A stretch of DNA of 50,390 nucleotides from Chiloscyllium plagiosum (GCF_004010195.1 NC_057719.1:888832-939221); one strand, 5' to 3'. Positions 11,235 through 23,520 are shown, counted from the stretch's first letter. The notes: generated by a model not told the origin, from the sequence alone. Numbers and translations: made by a program.

Positions 11235-13440
11235 AAAAGACCATAAGACATAGAAGCAGAATTCAGACCATTCAGCCCATCATGTCTGTTCTGCCATTCA
11301 ATCATGGCTGATAAGTTTCTCCCCCTTTCTCCCGTAACCCTTGATCCCCTTGATACTCAAGAACCTATCTGTTCAGTGGTTAGCACTGCTGCCTCACAGT
11401 GCCAGAGACCCGGGTTCAACTCCAGCCTTGGGCGACTGTCTGTGTGGAGTTTGCACATTCTCCCCGTGTCTGTGTGGGTTTCCTCCGGGTGCTCCGGTTT
11501 CCTCCCACAGTCCAAAAATGTGCAGGTTAGGTGAATTGGCCACGCTAAATCGCCTGTAGTGTTCAGGGATGCATAGGCTAGATGCATTAGTCAGGGTTAA
11601 ATTGAGGGAAATGGGTCTGGGTGGGTTACTCTTCGGCGGATCGGAATGGAATTGTTGGGCTGAAGGGCCTGTTTCCATACTGTAGGGAATCTATGAAAAA
11701 TACACTCAATGACGTCTTCTCCACAGCCTTCTGTGGTAATAAATTCCATAGATGCCCCACTCTCTAGCTGAAGAAGTTTCTCCTTATCTTCACTCTAAAA
11801 ATATTCATTCACTCTAGCTCCACCAACGTTTGAGGAAAAGAATGTCAAAGTTACACAACCCTCTGAGACAAAATATTTCTCCACATCTTTGTCCTGAAAG
11901 GGTGACCTCAATTTTAGAATGTGCCCTCTAGTTCTGAACCAATCCACAAGAGGAAACATCATTCCACGTTCACTTTGTTAGCACCATTCAGGAAGTTATA
12001 CAGTTCAATCAAGTCAACTCTCACTCTTCTGAAATTCAGTGTAAGCAAGCTCCGTCTGTCCTAAGAGAACCCACTCATTTCAGGTATTGATCCAGTAAAC
12101 CTCCTTTGAACCATCTCCAATGCATTTTCATCGTTCTGTAAATAAGGAGAGTGAAACTGCACACAGTTCAGGTATTTGAGATATGCTGTCTCCAATGCCC
12201 TGTGAATGAAGCATAACAAACTTACTTTCATGTTCAATTACTCCTGTAATAAAGGGTAGGATCCCAGAGCTGCCTTCATTATGTGCTGGACCTACATCCT
12301 AACTTTTTATATCTTGTGCACCAGAACACCAAATTCCCAACTTCCGCAGCCATTCTCTGTATAATTAATACTGTACTCTGCTTTTTTAAAAAATTCTTTC
12401 TGCCAAAGTGAACAATTTCACATTTTCCCATATTATCATATTCACATTAAAGTCACTGATGTAGAATGTAATAATCACAGACCGCTGTGAAACTCCACAC
12501 ACCACATCGTATCATTCAACAAAGAGCCATTTACTCAGGCTCTCTGTTTTCTGACAGCCAACCAATCTTCTATCCGTGCCATCTTTACCCCGTAAACCAT
12601 GAGCTCCTAATTTCTGTAATCACCCGAGATGTAGCATCTTATCAAAGTGATACAACAAGGTTTCCCTTTGCTGAAACCGTGCTGGCGCTTTCTGACTCCA
12701 TGTACCTGTACGGCTGTAATCCCTTTAACGATCTATTCCAACACCTCCCCCATGACTGATGTCAGGTCAACTAGCCTGAAGTTTCTTGTTTCCTCCATCC
12801 CTCTTTTTTTTTGGAAAGGAGAAGTTATATTCCCTACTTTCCAATCTGCTGAAGTTTTTCCAGAATCGTTGGAGAATTATCACCAATGCATCTCCTACCT
12901 GCTTAGCCGCCTCTTTTAAGACCCAAGGATGATGATCAGGACTGGAGCCTTGTCAGATCCCAGCTCCAATAGTTTGTCCAGCCCCACTTCCCCATTTAGT
13001 ATCTCCCCCTTCTCCTGCGGCTCCACACAAAGGCAGCCTTGCTGATCTTTGAGGGGCCCTATTCTCTCTCTAGTTACCCTTTTGTCCTTAATGTATTTGT
13101 AATCTCACTGAGTTCCTCTCTCCTTTTCCAGCTCCTGATTTATAGCCATTACTGGGATGGTTTGGGTATCCTCTATGGCGGAAACTATTAGTTTATTTCA
13201 TCCACCATTTCCTTATTATCTACTATTAAATACCAGTTCTCCCTCTCTCGAGAACCAAAACCCTCCTTGCTTACTCTTTTCCTTTATAAATATTTGTTCA
13301 TTCATTTCTAGCTAGCTTCCTCTCACAATGTAATGTCTTTCTCCTGATTAACGTTTTTAGTCATTCCCTGATGTTCTTTATATTCTGACCAATCATCTGA
13401 CCTGCCACTGATATGGATTTTTTTTCCTTAAGTTTGATAT
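11235..13440 (-). mobile_element. Stack of degenerate minus-strand CR1 fragments
   Basis: Tail motifs (agaccataagacatag), aaactgcacacag and RT-region remnants. Confidence 0.7.
11372..11695 (+). mobile_element. HE1-type V-SINE nested in a minus-strand CR1 tail
   Basis: tRNA-like head (cagtggttagcactgctgcctcacag...gggttcaactc), central gtggagtttgcacattctccccgtgtctg domain, CR1-like tail. Confidence 0.92.
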
Positions 13441-14077
13441 TTGAATTATGCTTTCGAGTTGGTGGAACAGGCTTTGGGGAGTCAGGAGGTGAATACCTCC
13501 TTGCAAGATTCCCAACCTCTGACCTGCTCTTGTAGCTGCAGTATTTATGTGGCTACTCCTATTAATTTTCTGGTCGATGGTAACCCCAGGATGTTAATCG
13601 TGGGGAGTCCAGCAACGGTAATACATTTGGAAAAATGGTTAGAGAAGGTGCAAAAAAGATAGACAGGAAGGATGCTGGTTTTGAAAGGTTATACCTTTCA
13701 GAGAAAGTTCATTCGAGTTGGTTTTATCATCCTGGAGGTTATAGAATGAAGTGTGGCATAGCAAGATGTCTTTAAGATATAAAAGGATCTGACAAGGTAG
13801 ATGGAGTAAAGTTTTTCCTCTTGTACAAGGCAGATTTTAAAATGTATGACTGTCACTAATAAGCGAATAAGGAACTCTGAGAATTCTTTATCCACAGTGT
13901 GGTGAGATTGGGACCCTTGGAGAATTTCTGTGCTGATTGAATGACCTGGAAAGGGAGAATAGATACATGGTGAAGAGGCCAGTAGAAGGCGATGTTGAGG
14001 GGGTGGACTGTAATGGGTTGATGGAGACTGGATGTGTGCAGGCCTGTTTGCTGAGTGGCCTGTTGCTGTTGCTTTAC

Positions 14078-14263
14078 CTTTCTGATAGTCTTCACATCCT
14101 GACTGCTCAAGGCTGCCTCCTGCTGGGCCTTGCCGGCATCAGACACCAGCTTCATCAGGGTCTGGCGACTGGCCCTGAACTCCAGCTCCTGATTGGTCAG
14201 GGTTTCCTCCAGTGTCGCTATCTTGGTCTCCCATTGGGCATGTTCCTGAACCAGCTCCGAAAC
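14078..14263 (-). CDS. CCDC170-like: CCDC170-like gene, exon F (186 nt; VSELVQEHAQWETKIATLEETLTNQELEFRASRQTLMKLVSDAGKAQQEAALSSQDVKTIRK)
   Basis: ttttgcctccag|GTTTCG...AGAAAG|gtaaag. LEETLTNQELEFRASRQTLMKLVSD closely resembles recalled CCDC170 LEETINVHEMEAKASRETIMRLASE. Confidence 0.92.
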
Positions 14264-14329
14264 CTGGAGGCAAAATACATCGACTCACCGTCCAATCGAA
14301 ACAAGGAACTTTCAGCATAGACCCAGATC

Positions 14330-16004
14330 ATTCACGTGTGTGAACAAAGAACCTTCCAGCACAGGAACAGGCCCTTCGGCCCTCCAAGCCTGCACCAGTC
14401 CAGATCTTCTATCTAAACCTGCTGGCTATTTTCTAAGGATCTGTATCCCTCTGCTCCCTGCCCATTCATGTATCTGTCTAGATACATCTTAAATTGCGCT
14501 ATCATGCCCACCTTCCAGGCACCCACCACCCTCGGTATTAAGAACTTTCCACACATATCTCCCCTCAACCTTTCCCCCTCACTTTGAACTCGTGACCCCT
14601 AGTAACTGACTCCCCGACTCTGGGAAAATGTTCCTTGCTATCTATCGTGTCTATACCTCTCATGATTCTGTAGACCTCAACCAGGTCCCCCCTCAACCTC
14701 CATCTTTCTAATGAAAATAATCCTAACCTACTCAACCTCTCCTCGTAGCTAGTACCCTCCATACCAGGCAACATCCTGGTGAACCTCCAAATCATCCACA
14801 TCCTTTTGGTAATATTCCAAATGTGGCCGAACTAAAGTCCAATACAACCGTAACATGACCTGCCAGCTCTTGAATGAAAATAATCCTAACCTACTCAACC
14901 TCTCCTCGTAGCTAGTACCCTCCATACCAGGCAACATCCTGGTGAACCTCCAAATCATCCACATCCTTTTGGTAATGTGGCGACCAGAACTGTACGCAAT
15001 ATTCCAAATGTGGCCGAACTAAAGTCCAATACAACTGTAACATGACCTGCCAGCTCTTGTACTCAATACCCAATCCAATAAAGGAAAACATGCTGGATGC
15101 CTTCTTGACCACTCTATCGACCTGTGTTGCCACCTTCAGATCTCTTTGTACATCAGTTTTCCCCAGGGCTTTTCCATTCACTGTATAGTTCGCTCTTGAG
15201 TTTGATCTTCCAAAATGCATCACCTCGCATTTGCCCGGATTAAACTCCATCTGCCATTTCTCTGCCCATCTCTCCAATCTATCTATATTCTGCTGTATTC
15301 TCTGACAGTCCCCTTCACTATCTGCTACTCCACCAATCTTAGGGTCATCTGTAAACTTGCTAATCAGACCACCTATACCTTCCTCCAGATCATTTATGTG
15401 TATCACAAACAACAGAGGTCCCAGCACGGATCCCTGTGGGACACCACTGGCCTCCATTTTGAGAAACTCCCTTCCACTACTACTCTCTGTCTCCTGGTGC
15501 CCAGCCAGTTCTCTATCCATCTATGTAGTACACCCTGGACCCCATATGACTTCACTTTGTCCATCAGCCTGCCATGTGGAATCTTATCAAACGCCTTACT
15601 AAAGTCCATGTACATGACATCTACAGCCCTTTCCTCATCAATCAATTTTGTCACTTCCTCAAAGAATTCTGGTTAGTTGGTAAGACATGGCCTTCCATGC
15701 ACAATACCATGCTGCCTATCTCTGATAAGCCCATTTTCTTCCAAATGTAAATAGATCCTATCCCTTACTATCTTCTCCAGCAGCTTCCCTACCACCGATG
15801 TCAGGCTCACCGGTCTGTAATTACCTGGATTATCCATGTTACCCTTCTTAAACAAGGGGACAATGTTACCAATTCTCCAGGTCCTCACCCATGTTTAAGG
15901 ATGCTGCAAAGTTATCTGGTAAGGACCCATCTAATACCTCTCTCATTTCCCTCAGTAAACTGGGATAGATTACATCTGGACCTGGGGACTTGTCAACCTT
16001 AAGG
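14330..16004 (-). mobile_element. 5'-truncated CR1 LINE (RT to 3' UTR) with internal ~160-bp duplication
   Basis: [44 protein letters not shown]; frameshifted. Confidence 0.95.
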
Positions 16005-16400
16005 TAAAGAGAGGGGGAGGGGGAGAGAGGGGTAGAGAGAGAGAGAGAGAATGTATGTGTGTGTGTGCGCATATGAGTCCATGTGCATGTGTACGTGCCT
16101 GTGCATGTGCATATGAGTCCTTGTGTACGTGCCTGAGTGTGTGTGCATGAGTCTGTGTGAGCATGCATGTGTGTGCGTGTACATATGAGTCAGTATGGGT
16201 GTGTGTGTATATGAGTCAGTGTGCGTATATATGAGTCAGTGTGCGTGTGTGTGTGTATATGAGTCAGTGTGCGTGTGTATATATGAGTCAGTGTGCGTGT
16301 GTGTGTGTATATGAGTCAGTGTGCATGTGTATATATGAGTCAGTGTGCGTGTGTGTGTGTATATGAGTCAGTGTGTGTGTGTGTGTATCTCTGTATGTGT
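16005..16400. repeat. (GA)n plus (TG)n microsatellite with periodic ATATGAGTCA units
   Basis: Direct reading. Confidence 0.95.
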
Positions 16401-16670
16401 GGGGGTTCCATTCCCCACCCTGGGGATGTGTGGGGAAGGGGTTCCATTCCCCACCCTGGAGGTGCATGAGGTAGATCTTTGAATGGAAAGACCGATGACA
16501 TCCCAACCCCAGGAAGCAGCATGCAAGCATGGAGATCCCGACAGGAGCATTGCTGCTCCCATTGGCCCATTAGCAAGAAGCCATTGTCTTCTTCCCAAAC
16601 ATTGTCATCACCTCCGTTCAGCTGCTGGCTTTCCTCAGGCTATCCCAGTCAGGGGGCTGAATGGCCTCAC

Positions 16671-16815
16671 CTTGCTGGTCAGGTACTCAAGTGGATCCCG
16701 TTGGCCCCCAGGCTCCGTGTTCAGGCTCAGGGCGAGTTTCTCGATGCCTGTGGCCAGTCTCCTCTCCAGAATCACCACCTTCTGCTCACTGAGCTCCCTC
16801 TCTCGTAAGTGCAGC
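16671..16815 (-). CDS. CCDC170-like: CCDC170-like gene, exon E (145 nt; (R)LHLRERELSEQKVVILERRLATGIEKLALSLNTEPGGQRDPLEYLTSK)
   Basis: cccccgacag|GCTGCAC...AGCAAG|gtgagg. 1+144 nt, phase-compatible with both neighbours. Confidence 0.9.
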
Positions 16816-17117
16816 CTGTCGGGGGTGGGGGGCAGACAGTAATGGTGTCACATCAAAGGGCAGCACCCACACAGCCGTCTCTGCCCACACCCTCCCTCCC
16901 CACCACGCCCCTTCGCCCACACTGCTACAACTCCTCTCCCAAACAGGAAACTCACCAACAACAACACCTTGAACATGACATGAGAGACGGCACCAGTCCA
17001 CAGGGAGCAGAGACAGGGCATCACACTCAGGACAATGGGCAGGGAAAGGCAGGAGGGAGTTCCCCCTCCCAAAGGGAAAGGGTCTTCACAGGAGCCCTCC
17101 ATCAGGGTCAACAATCT

Positions 17118-17725
17118 GTATCCCAGTGAGAGTCAGCCCCTTCGGGAGAGAGAGGGGGACCCCATACCCCAGTGAGAGTCAGCCCCTTCAGGAGAGGGAG
17201 GGGGACCCCATACCCCATTGAGGGTCAGCCCCTTCAGGAGAGGGAGGGGGACCCCGTACCCCAGTGAGAGTCAGCCCCTTCAGGAGAGGGCGGGGGACCC
17301 TATCCCCCAGTGAGGGTCAGCCCCTTCAGGAGAGGGAGGGGGACCCCGTACCCCAGTGAGAGTCAGCCCCCCCGTACCCCAGTGAAGGGCAGCCCCTTCA
17401 GGAGAGGGAGGGAGACCCCGTACCCCAGTGAGGGGCAGCCCCTTCAGGAGAGGGAGGGAGACCCCGTATTCCAGTGAGGGTCAGCCCCTTCAGGAGAGGG
17501 AGGGGGACCCCGTACCCCAGTGAGAGTCAGCCCCTTCAGGAGAGGGAGGGAGACCCTGTACCCCAGTGAGAGTCAGCCCCTTCAGGAGAGGGAGGGGGAC
17601 CCTATCCCCAGTGAGGGTCAGCCCCTTCAGGAGAGGGAGGGGGACCCCTTACCCCATTGAGAGTCAGCCCCTTCAGGAGAGGGAAGGGGACCCCGTACCC
17701 CAGTGAGAGTCAGCCCCTTCACGAG
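17118..17725. repeat. GC-rich minisatellite, ~46-bp unit (ccccagtgagagtcagccccttcaggagagggagggggaccccgta), ~13 copies
   Basis: Direct reading; lies in intron D-E. Confidence 0.97.
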
Positions 17726-17880
17726 AGGTGAATTCCTGCAGTGCATCTTGTAGATGGTACACACTGCTGGTACCAAGTGTGGAGGGAGTGGATGTTTGTG
17801 GATGTGGTGCCGATCAGGAGGGCACTGAGGAGAAGCAAATAGTGACTAATTTGGAATGTTTCGGGCTCTCCGATGATTAC

Positions 17881-18122
17881 CTGAGCCGTTCCTCCAGTTC
17901 GGAGATTCTCTCCCTCAGCGCCTGGTTCTCACTCTGTAGGCTGGCGTTTGTGTGATTCTGCACACTGGCTGCGGTTGCTGGGAATTCCTGGCCGTGTCCT
18001 GTGCTCAGGACCGGGATGAGTGAGGTTTGTCGAACATCACTGTCCTTGTACCTGGCCAGGTCTCCCCTCAGTTGCAGTGATGAAAGCTCCTTTGCTGGCT
18101 GTCTCTCTCGATACTCTGCCAC
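17881..18122 (-). CDS. CCDC170-like: CCDC170-like gene, exon D (242 nt; VAEYRERQPAKELSSLQLRGDLARYKDSDVRQTSLI...SENQALRERISELEERL)
   Basis: tggtgcag|GTGGCA...CTCAG|gtaatc. Resembles the recalled CCDC170 segment SKEVSCQELKAEMESYKENNARKSSLL...KENQELKKKVVELNEKL. Phase-2 end. Confidence 0.9.
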
Positions 18123-18269
18123 CTGCACCAAACATTCAACACAATTAAACCCTGGCCTCAGAATCATCCAGCTTCCTACACTAACAGCAGAGCCCACACC
18201 TCCCAAAAATACTGTCTCCCAGAGAAAACGACAGACCTCTCACTGTGACATCGATAGTGGGAAAACTGG

Positions 18270-20095
18270 TGGGGGGTTTAATATGGGATAAGGGAAACAT
18301 ACACTTATAGAAAAATAAATTCATACTAGCCAGTCAGTGTTGGCTTAGTCAGGGACAGGTCATGGCTGACAAAAGTCATTGAGTTCTTTGACGAGGTGAC
18401 CCAGGCAGTGGGTGAGGGTGGTGCTGTGGATGTTGTATACTTGGACTTTCAGGAAGCAACCGAGAGAGGGTCATGTGTCAGGTTGGTGAACACAGGAATG
18501 GTTTGGGATTGCTGGGTCCTTGGCAGCAAGGATTGGAGGCTCAAAGATAGGATCCAGATGGTGGGTAGAGGTGGGCATTTCTCAGATTGGGGATGAGTTG
18601 ATTGTGGTGTTTTCCAGGGACCCTTGCTTTTTCTGATTTACCTCAAGGATTTGGAGTTGGGGGTTGAGGGTAAAATCTCTAACGTTGCAGATGGCACTAG
18701 GCTGGGGAGAATAGTGAGGATGATGCTGAGGGACTTCAGAGGGACATGGACCAATTGGCCAATGGGCAGACACCTGTCAGATGGATTTCAATGCAGAGAA
18801 ACGGGAGGGGATGGTTAAAAAAACACACACACAGAGACAATACAGGCCTCAATGGGACAACTCTGGGGGGAGTAGAGGATCAGATGGACCTCGGGGATCA
18901 TGTACATGATTCTCTGAAGGTGACCAAGCAAGTTGTAGCAGATGTTAAGTTGGTTTATAGGATCCTTGTGTTTATACACACGGGCATAGAGTAGAAAGGA
19001 AGGAAGTGACGCTACACCTTGACAAATCATTGGGTCAGACCACATTTGGAGCATTGCGTTCAGTTCTGGGCACCTTATTTAAGGAAGGATGTTACTCCCC
19101 ACTTGCCCTGGATGGGGGCAGCTCCAACAACACTCAAGAAGCTTGACACCATCCAGGACAAAGCAGCCGCTTGATTGGCCCCACATCCACAAACACCCAC
19201 TCCCTCCCCCACCGACACTCAGTAACAGCAGTGTGTACCACCTACAAGACCCACTGCAGAAACTCACCAAAGATCCTCAGGCAGCACCTTCCAAACCCAC
19301 GGCCACTTCCATCTGGAAGGATAAGGGGCAGCAGATACATGGGAACACCACCTCCTGCAAGTTCCCCTCCGAGCAACTCATCCTGACTTGGAAATATATC
19401 GCCGTTCCTTCGGTGTCACTGGGTCAGAATCCTGGAATTCCCTCCCTCAGGGCATTGTGGGACAACTGACAGAACACGGTTCAAGTAGGCAGCTCACTCG
19501 ACCTTCTCAAGGGGCAACTAGAGATGGGCAGTAAATGCTAGGCCCAGCCAGCAACACCCACATCCCATGGAGTGAGTTAATTAATTTTAAAAAGCCCTGG
19601 AAAGAGTGCTAAGGGTATTCACTTGAGTGATACCAGCAATGAGGGATTTTAGTACAAGGAACAATTAGAGAGATTGGGCTGATCCTCCTTGGAACAGAGA
19701 CAGTTTAGAAGTGACCTTATTGAGGTGTCCAAAATAATGCACAGTTCTGACAGGGTACAGAAGGATATTCTGTTCCCATTAGGGAGTATGTCAGTAACTA
19801 GGGGTCACGGTTTTGAGATTGTCAGCAAGAGAGCCAGGAGTGAGGTGAGGAGAAACCTCTTCACTCCGAGAGTTGTTCGGTTTTGGGATGCGCTGCCTGG
19901 GAGAGTGAGGAAGGAGGATTCTATCAGAGGTTTCAGAAGAGAGCTGGGTATATGTTGGAAAGGGATGGAGTCAGAGGGTTACGGAGACAGGGATGGGGAG
20001 TGGGACTGGCTGGGTAGACATTTCAGGAGCTGGTACAGGCATGATGGGTCGAATAGCCTCTCCTGTACTGTAACACTCAATGATTCTACAATTCT
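18270..20095 (+). mobile_element. Old CR1 (RT to tail) interrupted at ~19093-19590 by the 3' end of the second LINE family
   Basis: VDVVYLDFQ, FRSDLIEVSKIM, FTPRVVRFWDALP; the insert ends aggggcaactagagatgggcagtaaatgct. Confidence 0.85.
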
Positions 20096-20599
20096 ATTAA
20101 CTGAGAAACACTTATGATCTCCAAACGTGCTACAGATACACAACATCTCTTTTTATTTGGTAAACTACAGTTTTCATCACTAAATGAAGAAGATTTTCCA
20201 GTCATTTGTCTATCGTAGATTTATCGTATAAATCATACATCACTTGGATGTATGATCTAGGACAGGAGGAGGTGTTTCAGCCCCTCAAGTCTGCTCATGG
20301 CTGCTCTGATTGTAATCTCCTATCTTTGTTCCCGTCTTAACCTTTCACCCTCTTGCTCAACAAGAGCCTCACCACTTCAGCCTTAAAACTATTTGAAGAC
20401 CTTCCTTCCATCACTTTTTTCAGGGAAAGTGTTCCAAAGACTAGCAGCCTTCAGGTACAGAGTTATTCTCTCTTCCTTGTTTTCAGTAATAACTTCCAGT
20501 TTGAGATTCTCCGACAACAGGAAAGGTCCTTCCCCCCCCAGCACCACCACCCAGTCAAGACCCTTCAACATCATCTATACTTCAGCCAGAGAGCAATGG

Positions 20600-20830
20600 G
20601 AAATGATGCCCCCCACCCCGACCCAGGTAATGTCCTTGGGACATGCGTTCGAATTCTGCTGCAGCAGATGGTGGAATCTGAATTTAATAAACATCAAAGT
20701 CTAATGTTGGGGGGAAACTATCTGGTTACTAATGTTCTTTCAGGTACGAATCTGCTGTCCTTACATGTAGTTGGTCTACATGTAGTTAACTGTCAGCTGT
20801 GATCAGGGATAATAAATGTGATGTCTGCAT
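20600..20830 (+). mobile_element. Degenerate tRNA-head SINE (family of 40875-41225)
   Basis: gacccaggtaatgtc...gttcgaat...gcagatggtggaat...aataaatg. Confidence 0.65.
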
Positions 20831-21259
20831 AGAGGTGTATGGTACAGGAACAGACCCTTCAGTCCAACTCATCCATGCCAACCAGACATCCTAAATTAAT
20901 CTTGGCCCATATCCCTCTAAACCCTTCCTCCTCATATACCCACCCAGATGCCTTTTTAAATGTTGTAATCATACCAGCCTCCACCACTTCCTCTGGCAGC
21001 TCGTTCCATGCACGTACCACCCTCTGTGTGAAAAAGTTGCCCCTGAGGTCTCTTTTATATCTTTCCCCTCTCACCCTAAACCTATACCGTCTAGTTCTGG
21101 ACTTCCCCACCTCAGGGAAAAGACCTTGTCTATCCTATCCATGACCCTCACGATTTTATAAACCCCTATAAGGTCACCCCTCAGTCTCCGACGCTCCAGG
21201 GAAAACAGCCCCAGTCTATTCGGCCACTCCCTATAGTTCAAACCCTCCAACCCTGGCAA

Positions 21260-21455
21260 TGGTAAAAATCACACCACACCAGGTTATAGTCCAACAGGTT
21301 TATTTGGAAGCACTAGCTTTCGGAGCACTGCTCCTTCATCAGGTGGTGGTGGGCTCTGAAGGCTAGTGCTTCCAATTCGACCTGTTGGACTATAACCTGG
21401 TGTTGTGTGATTTTTTAGCTTTGTCCACCCCAGTCCTACACCGGCCCCTCCGAAT
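21260..21455. mobile_element. Family-A short inverted-repeat element (Penelope-terminal-repeat-like) with ~12-bp target-site duplication
   Basis: Arms caccaggttatagtccaacagg / cctgttggactataacctggtg; TSD caaccctggcaa (21248-21259) / caactctggcaa (21456-21467). Confidence 0.85.
21311..21345 (-). ncRNA. Minimal type I hammerhead ribozyme motif (family A)
   Basis: CAC-CUGAUGA-A-GGAGC(AGU)GCUCC-GAA-AGCU-A-GUG: intact core, 5-bp helix II, palindromic AGCU, CAC/GUG helix I. Confidence 0.8.
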
Positions 21456-21664
21456 CAACTCTGGCAACAGCCTTGTAAATCTTCTCTGAACCCTCTCAAG
21501 TTTCACAAATTCTTTCCGATAGGAGGGAGACCAGAATTGCATGTAGTATTCCAAAACTGGCCTAGCCAACGTCTTGTACAGCCACAACATGACCTCCCAA
21601 CTCCTATACTCAATACACCAACCAATGAATTAACCACTTTCTTCACTATCCTATCTACCTGTGA

Positions 21665-21960
21665 CTTGAATTAAATCAAATTCTACCAACTGCCCTTTGA
21701 ACCCAGGTCTCCAGAACCTTACCTGGGTTTCTGGATGCATAGACCAGCCTTGATATCACCACTCGGCCATTGATTTGCTTTCTTGACCCGCTGCAGTCCA
21801 TGTGCTGTGGGTTGACCCACAATGCCCTTAGGGAGGGAATTCCACGATTCTGACCCAGTGACACTGAAGAAACGGTGATATATTTCCAAGTCAGGATGGT
21901 GAGGGGCTTAGAGGAGAACTTGCAGGGGGTGGTGTTCCCATGTATCCGCTGCTCTTATCA
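21665..21960 (-). mobile_element. tRNA-SINE head fragment plus second-LINE 3' fragment
   Basis: Reverse complements of the 40875-40990 and 45330-45540 motifs. Confidence 0.75.
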
Positions 21961-22074
21961 CAGAATTATAGAGTGTAGACAGATGAGGCCCTTCAGCCCA
22001 TCAAAACTGCACTGCTACCTTCACCAGTCCTACGTTCCTGCACGATGCACATAGCCTTGAATATTGTGATATTT

Positions 22075-22417
22075 CATAGAACATAGAACATGGAAAAATA
22101 CAGCGCAGTACAGGCCCTTTGGCCCTCGATGTCGCGCCGATCCAAGCCCACCTAACCTTCTTTTCTCTAATGAAAACAACCCCAAGTGCCTCAGCCTTTC
22201 CTCATACGATCTTTCTACCATACCAGGCAACATCCTGGTAAACCTCCTCTGCACCCGTTCCAGTGCCTCCACATCCTTCCTATAGTATGGCGACCAAAAC
22301 TGCACACAATACTCCAGATGCGGCCGCACCAGAGTCTTATACAACTGCAACATGATCTCAGGACTCCGGAACTCAATTCCTCTACCAATAAAAGCCAGTA
22401 CGCCATATGCCTTCTTC
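22075..22417 (-). mobile_element. Young CR1 3' fragment with internal deletion
   Basis: LQLYKTLVRPHLEYCVQFWSPYYRKDV; atagaac tail. Confidence 0.93.
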
Positions 22418-22594
22418 AGGATGGACTCTCCTCCTAGATGGTGACAGCCCTGGGTTTGGAAGGTGATCATCTCTCAGGATCTTTGGTAGGTCCTGGCAGG
22501 GTTGATGGGGCTGTAGGCTGTTATGGCAACACAATCAGCGCTGACGGTCAACCCATTTTCAACATATTTCTGATCCTGTGTCATGTTTGGTACA

Positions 22595-22880
22595 AGTGAG
22601 CGGCCAGGCCATTGCAGGGAGCAGGGGAGAGTCAGCCATATTGGTCTGGAGTCACAGGGAAACTGATTGGGGGTGGCAGAGTTTCCTCCCCAAAGGAGAT
22701 TAGTGAACCAGATGGGGTTTTTAATGAAGATTAGCATGGACATCATTGGACTTTTTAATTCCAGATTTTTATTGAATTTAAATTCTGTCATTTGCGAAGG
22801 TAGGATTTGAACCCAGATTACCAGAATATTTCCTGAGTCCGTGTAACGCCTTCAGCAGCAATAACACAATGCTTCCTGAG
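22595..22880 (-). mobile_element. tRNA-head SINE (family of 40875-41225)
   Basis: Reverse complement of the shared central motif (attagtgaaccagatggg, ggatttgaaccc). Confidence 0.75.
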
Positions 22881-22959
22881 GACTTCCTCCATCTAAATAA
22901 CATACACCTCCTCTATTCCTCCTGCCAAAGTGCATCACCTCGCATGCTTTACACACTAT

Positions 22960-23520
22960 ATTCCATTTGTCAGACTTTGGCCAAATGGAATGTTATTTAT
23001 TGCAAGAGGAATGCAATAAAACATAGGAATGTCCAGCTGCAGTTCTCCAAAGTGTTGGTGAGACCACATTTGGAACAGTGTACAGTATTGCTCTTCAGAA
23101 AGGATCTAAACACGTTTGAGATCATTCAGAGAAAGTTCACTTGACTGACAGCATGCATGGGGAGAGATTATCTCCAAAGAAAAGACTGTGCCTGTGCCCA
23201 CTGGAGTTTAGAAAACTGGGAGGTGGTTTTCACTGAAGGTGACACACAGAGTGGGAGATTTCACAACAAGAAAATTTCCCATTAAATTCCAGGTTCTGCC
23301 GTAAGTGGAGATGAGGAGGATTACTTTCTCCCTGCAAGAACTCTGTGATATCGAGACTGGTGGAGGCAGGGTCACCAAAAACCTTAAAAGCAGATAGATT
23401 CTTCTATAGTGAGGAAGTCAAAGGATATTGGGGTTGGTGAGAGTGGAGGTCACAATCAGACTAGACGTGACTCTCACTGAGCAGACTCGAGAGACTGAAT
23501 GGCCTACTCCTGGCCCTAAT
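22960..23520 (+). mobile_element. Old degenerate CR1 3' end
   Basis: KVLVRPHLEQC; tgaatggcctactcct tail. Confidence 0.75.

Larger units (their letters stand above)
20830..21660 (-). mobile_element. CR1 3' end, host of the family-A inverted-repeat element
   Basis: LYKTLARPVLEYYMQFWSP; LRGNFFTQRVVRAWNELP. Confidence 0.93.

Noticed and set aside
13937..14320. Plus-strand 127-aa Leu-rich ORF (and plus ORFs at 16479-16842 and 18001-18291)
   Set aside because: Antisense shadows of the minus-strand exons.
20232..20256. Perfect 10-bp hairpin atcatacatc-acttg-gatgtatgat
   Set aside because: Isolated and short, with no supporting context.
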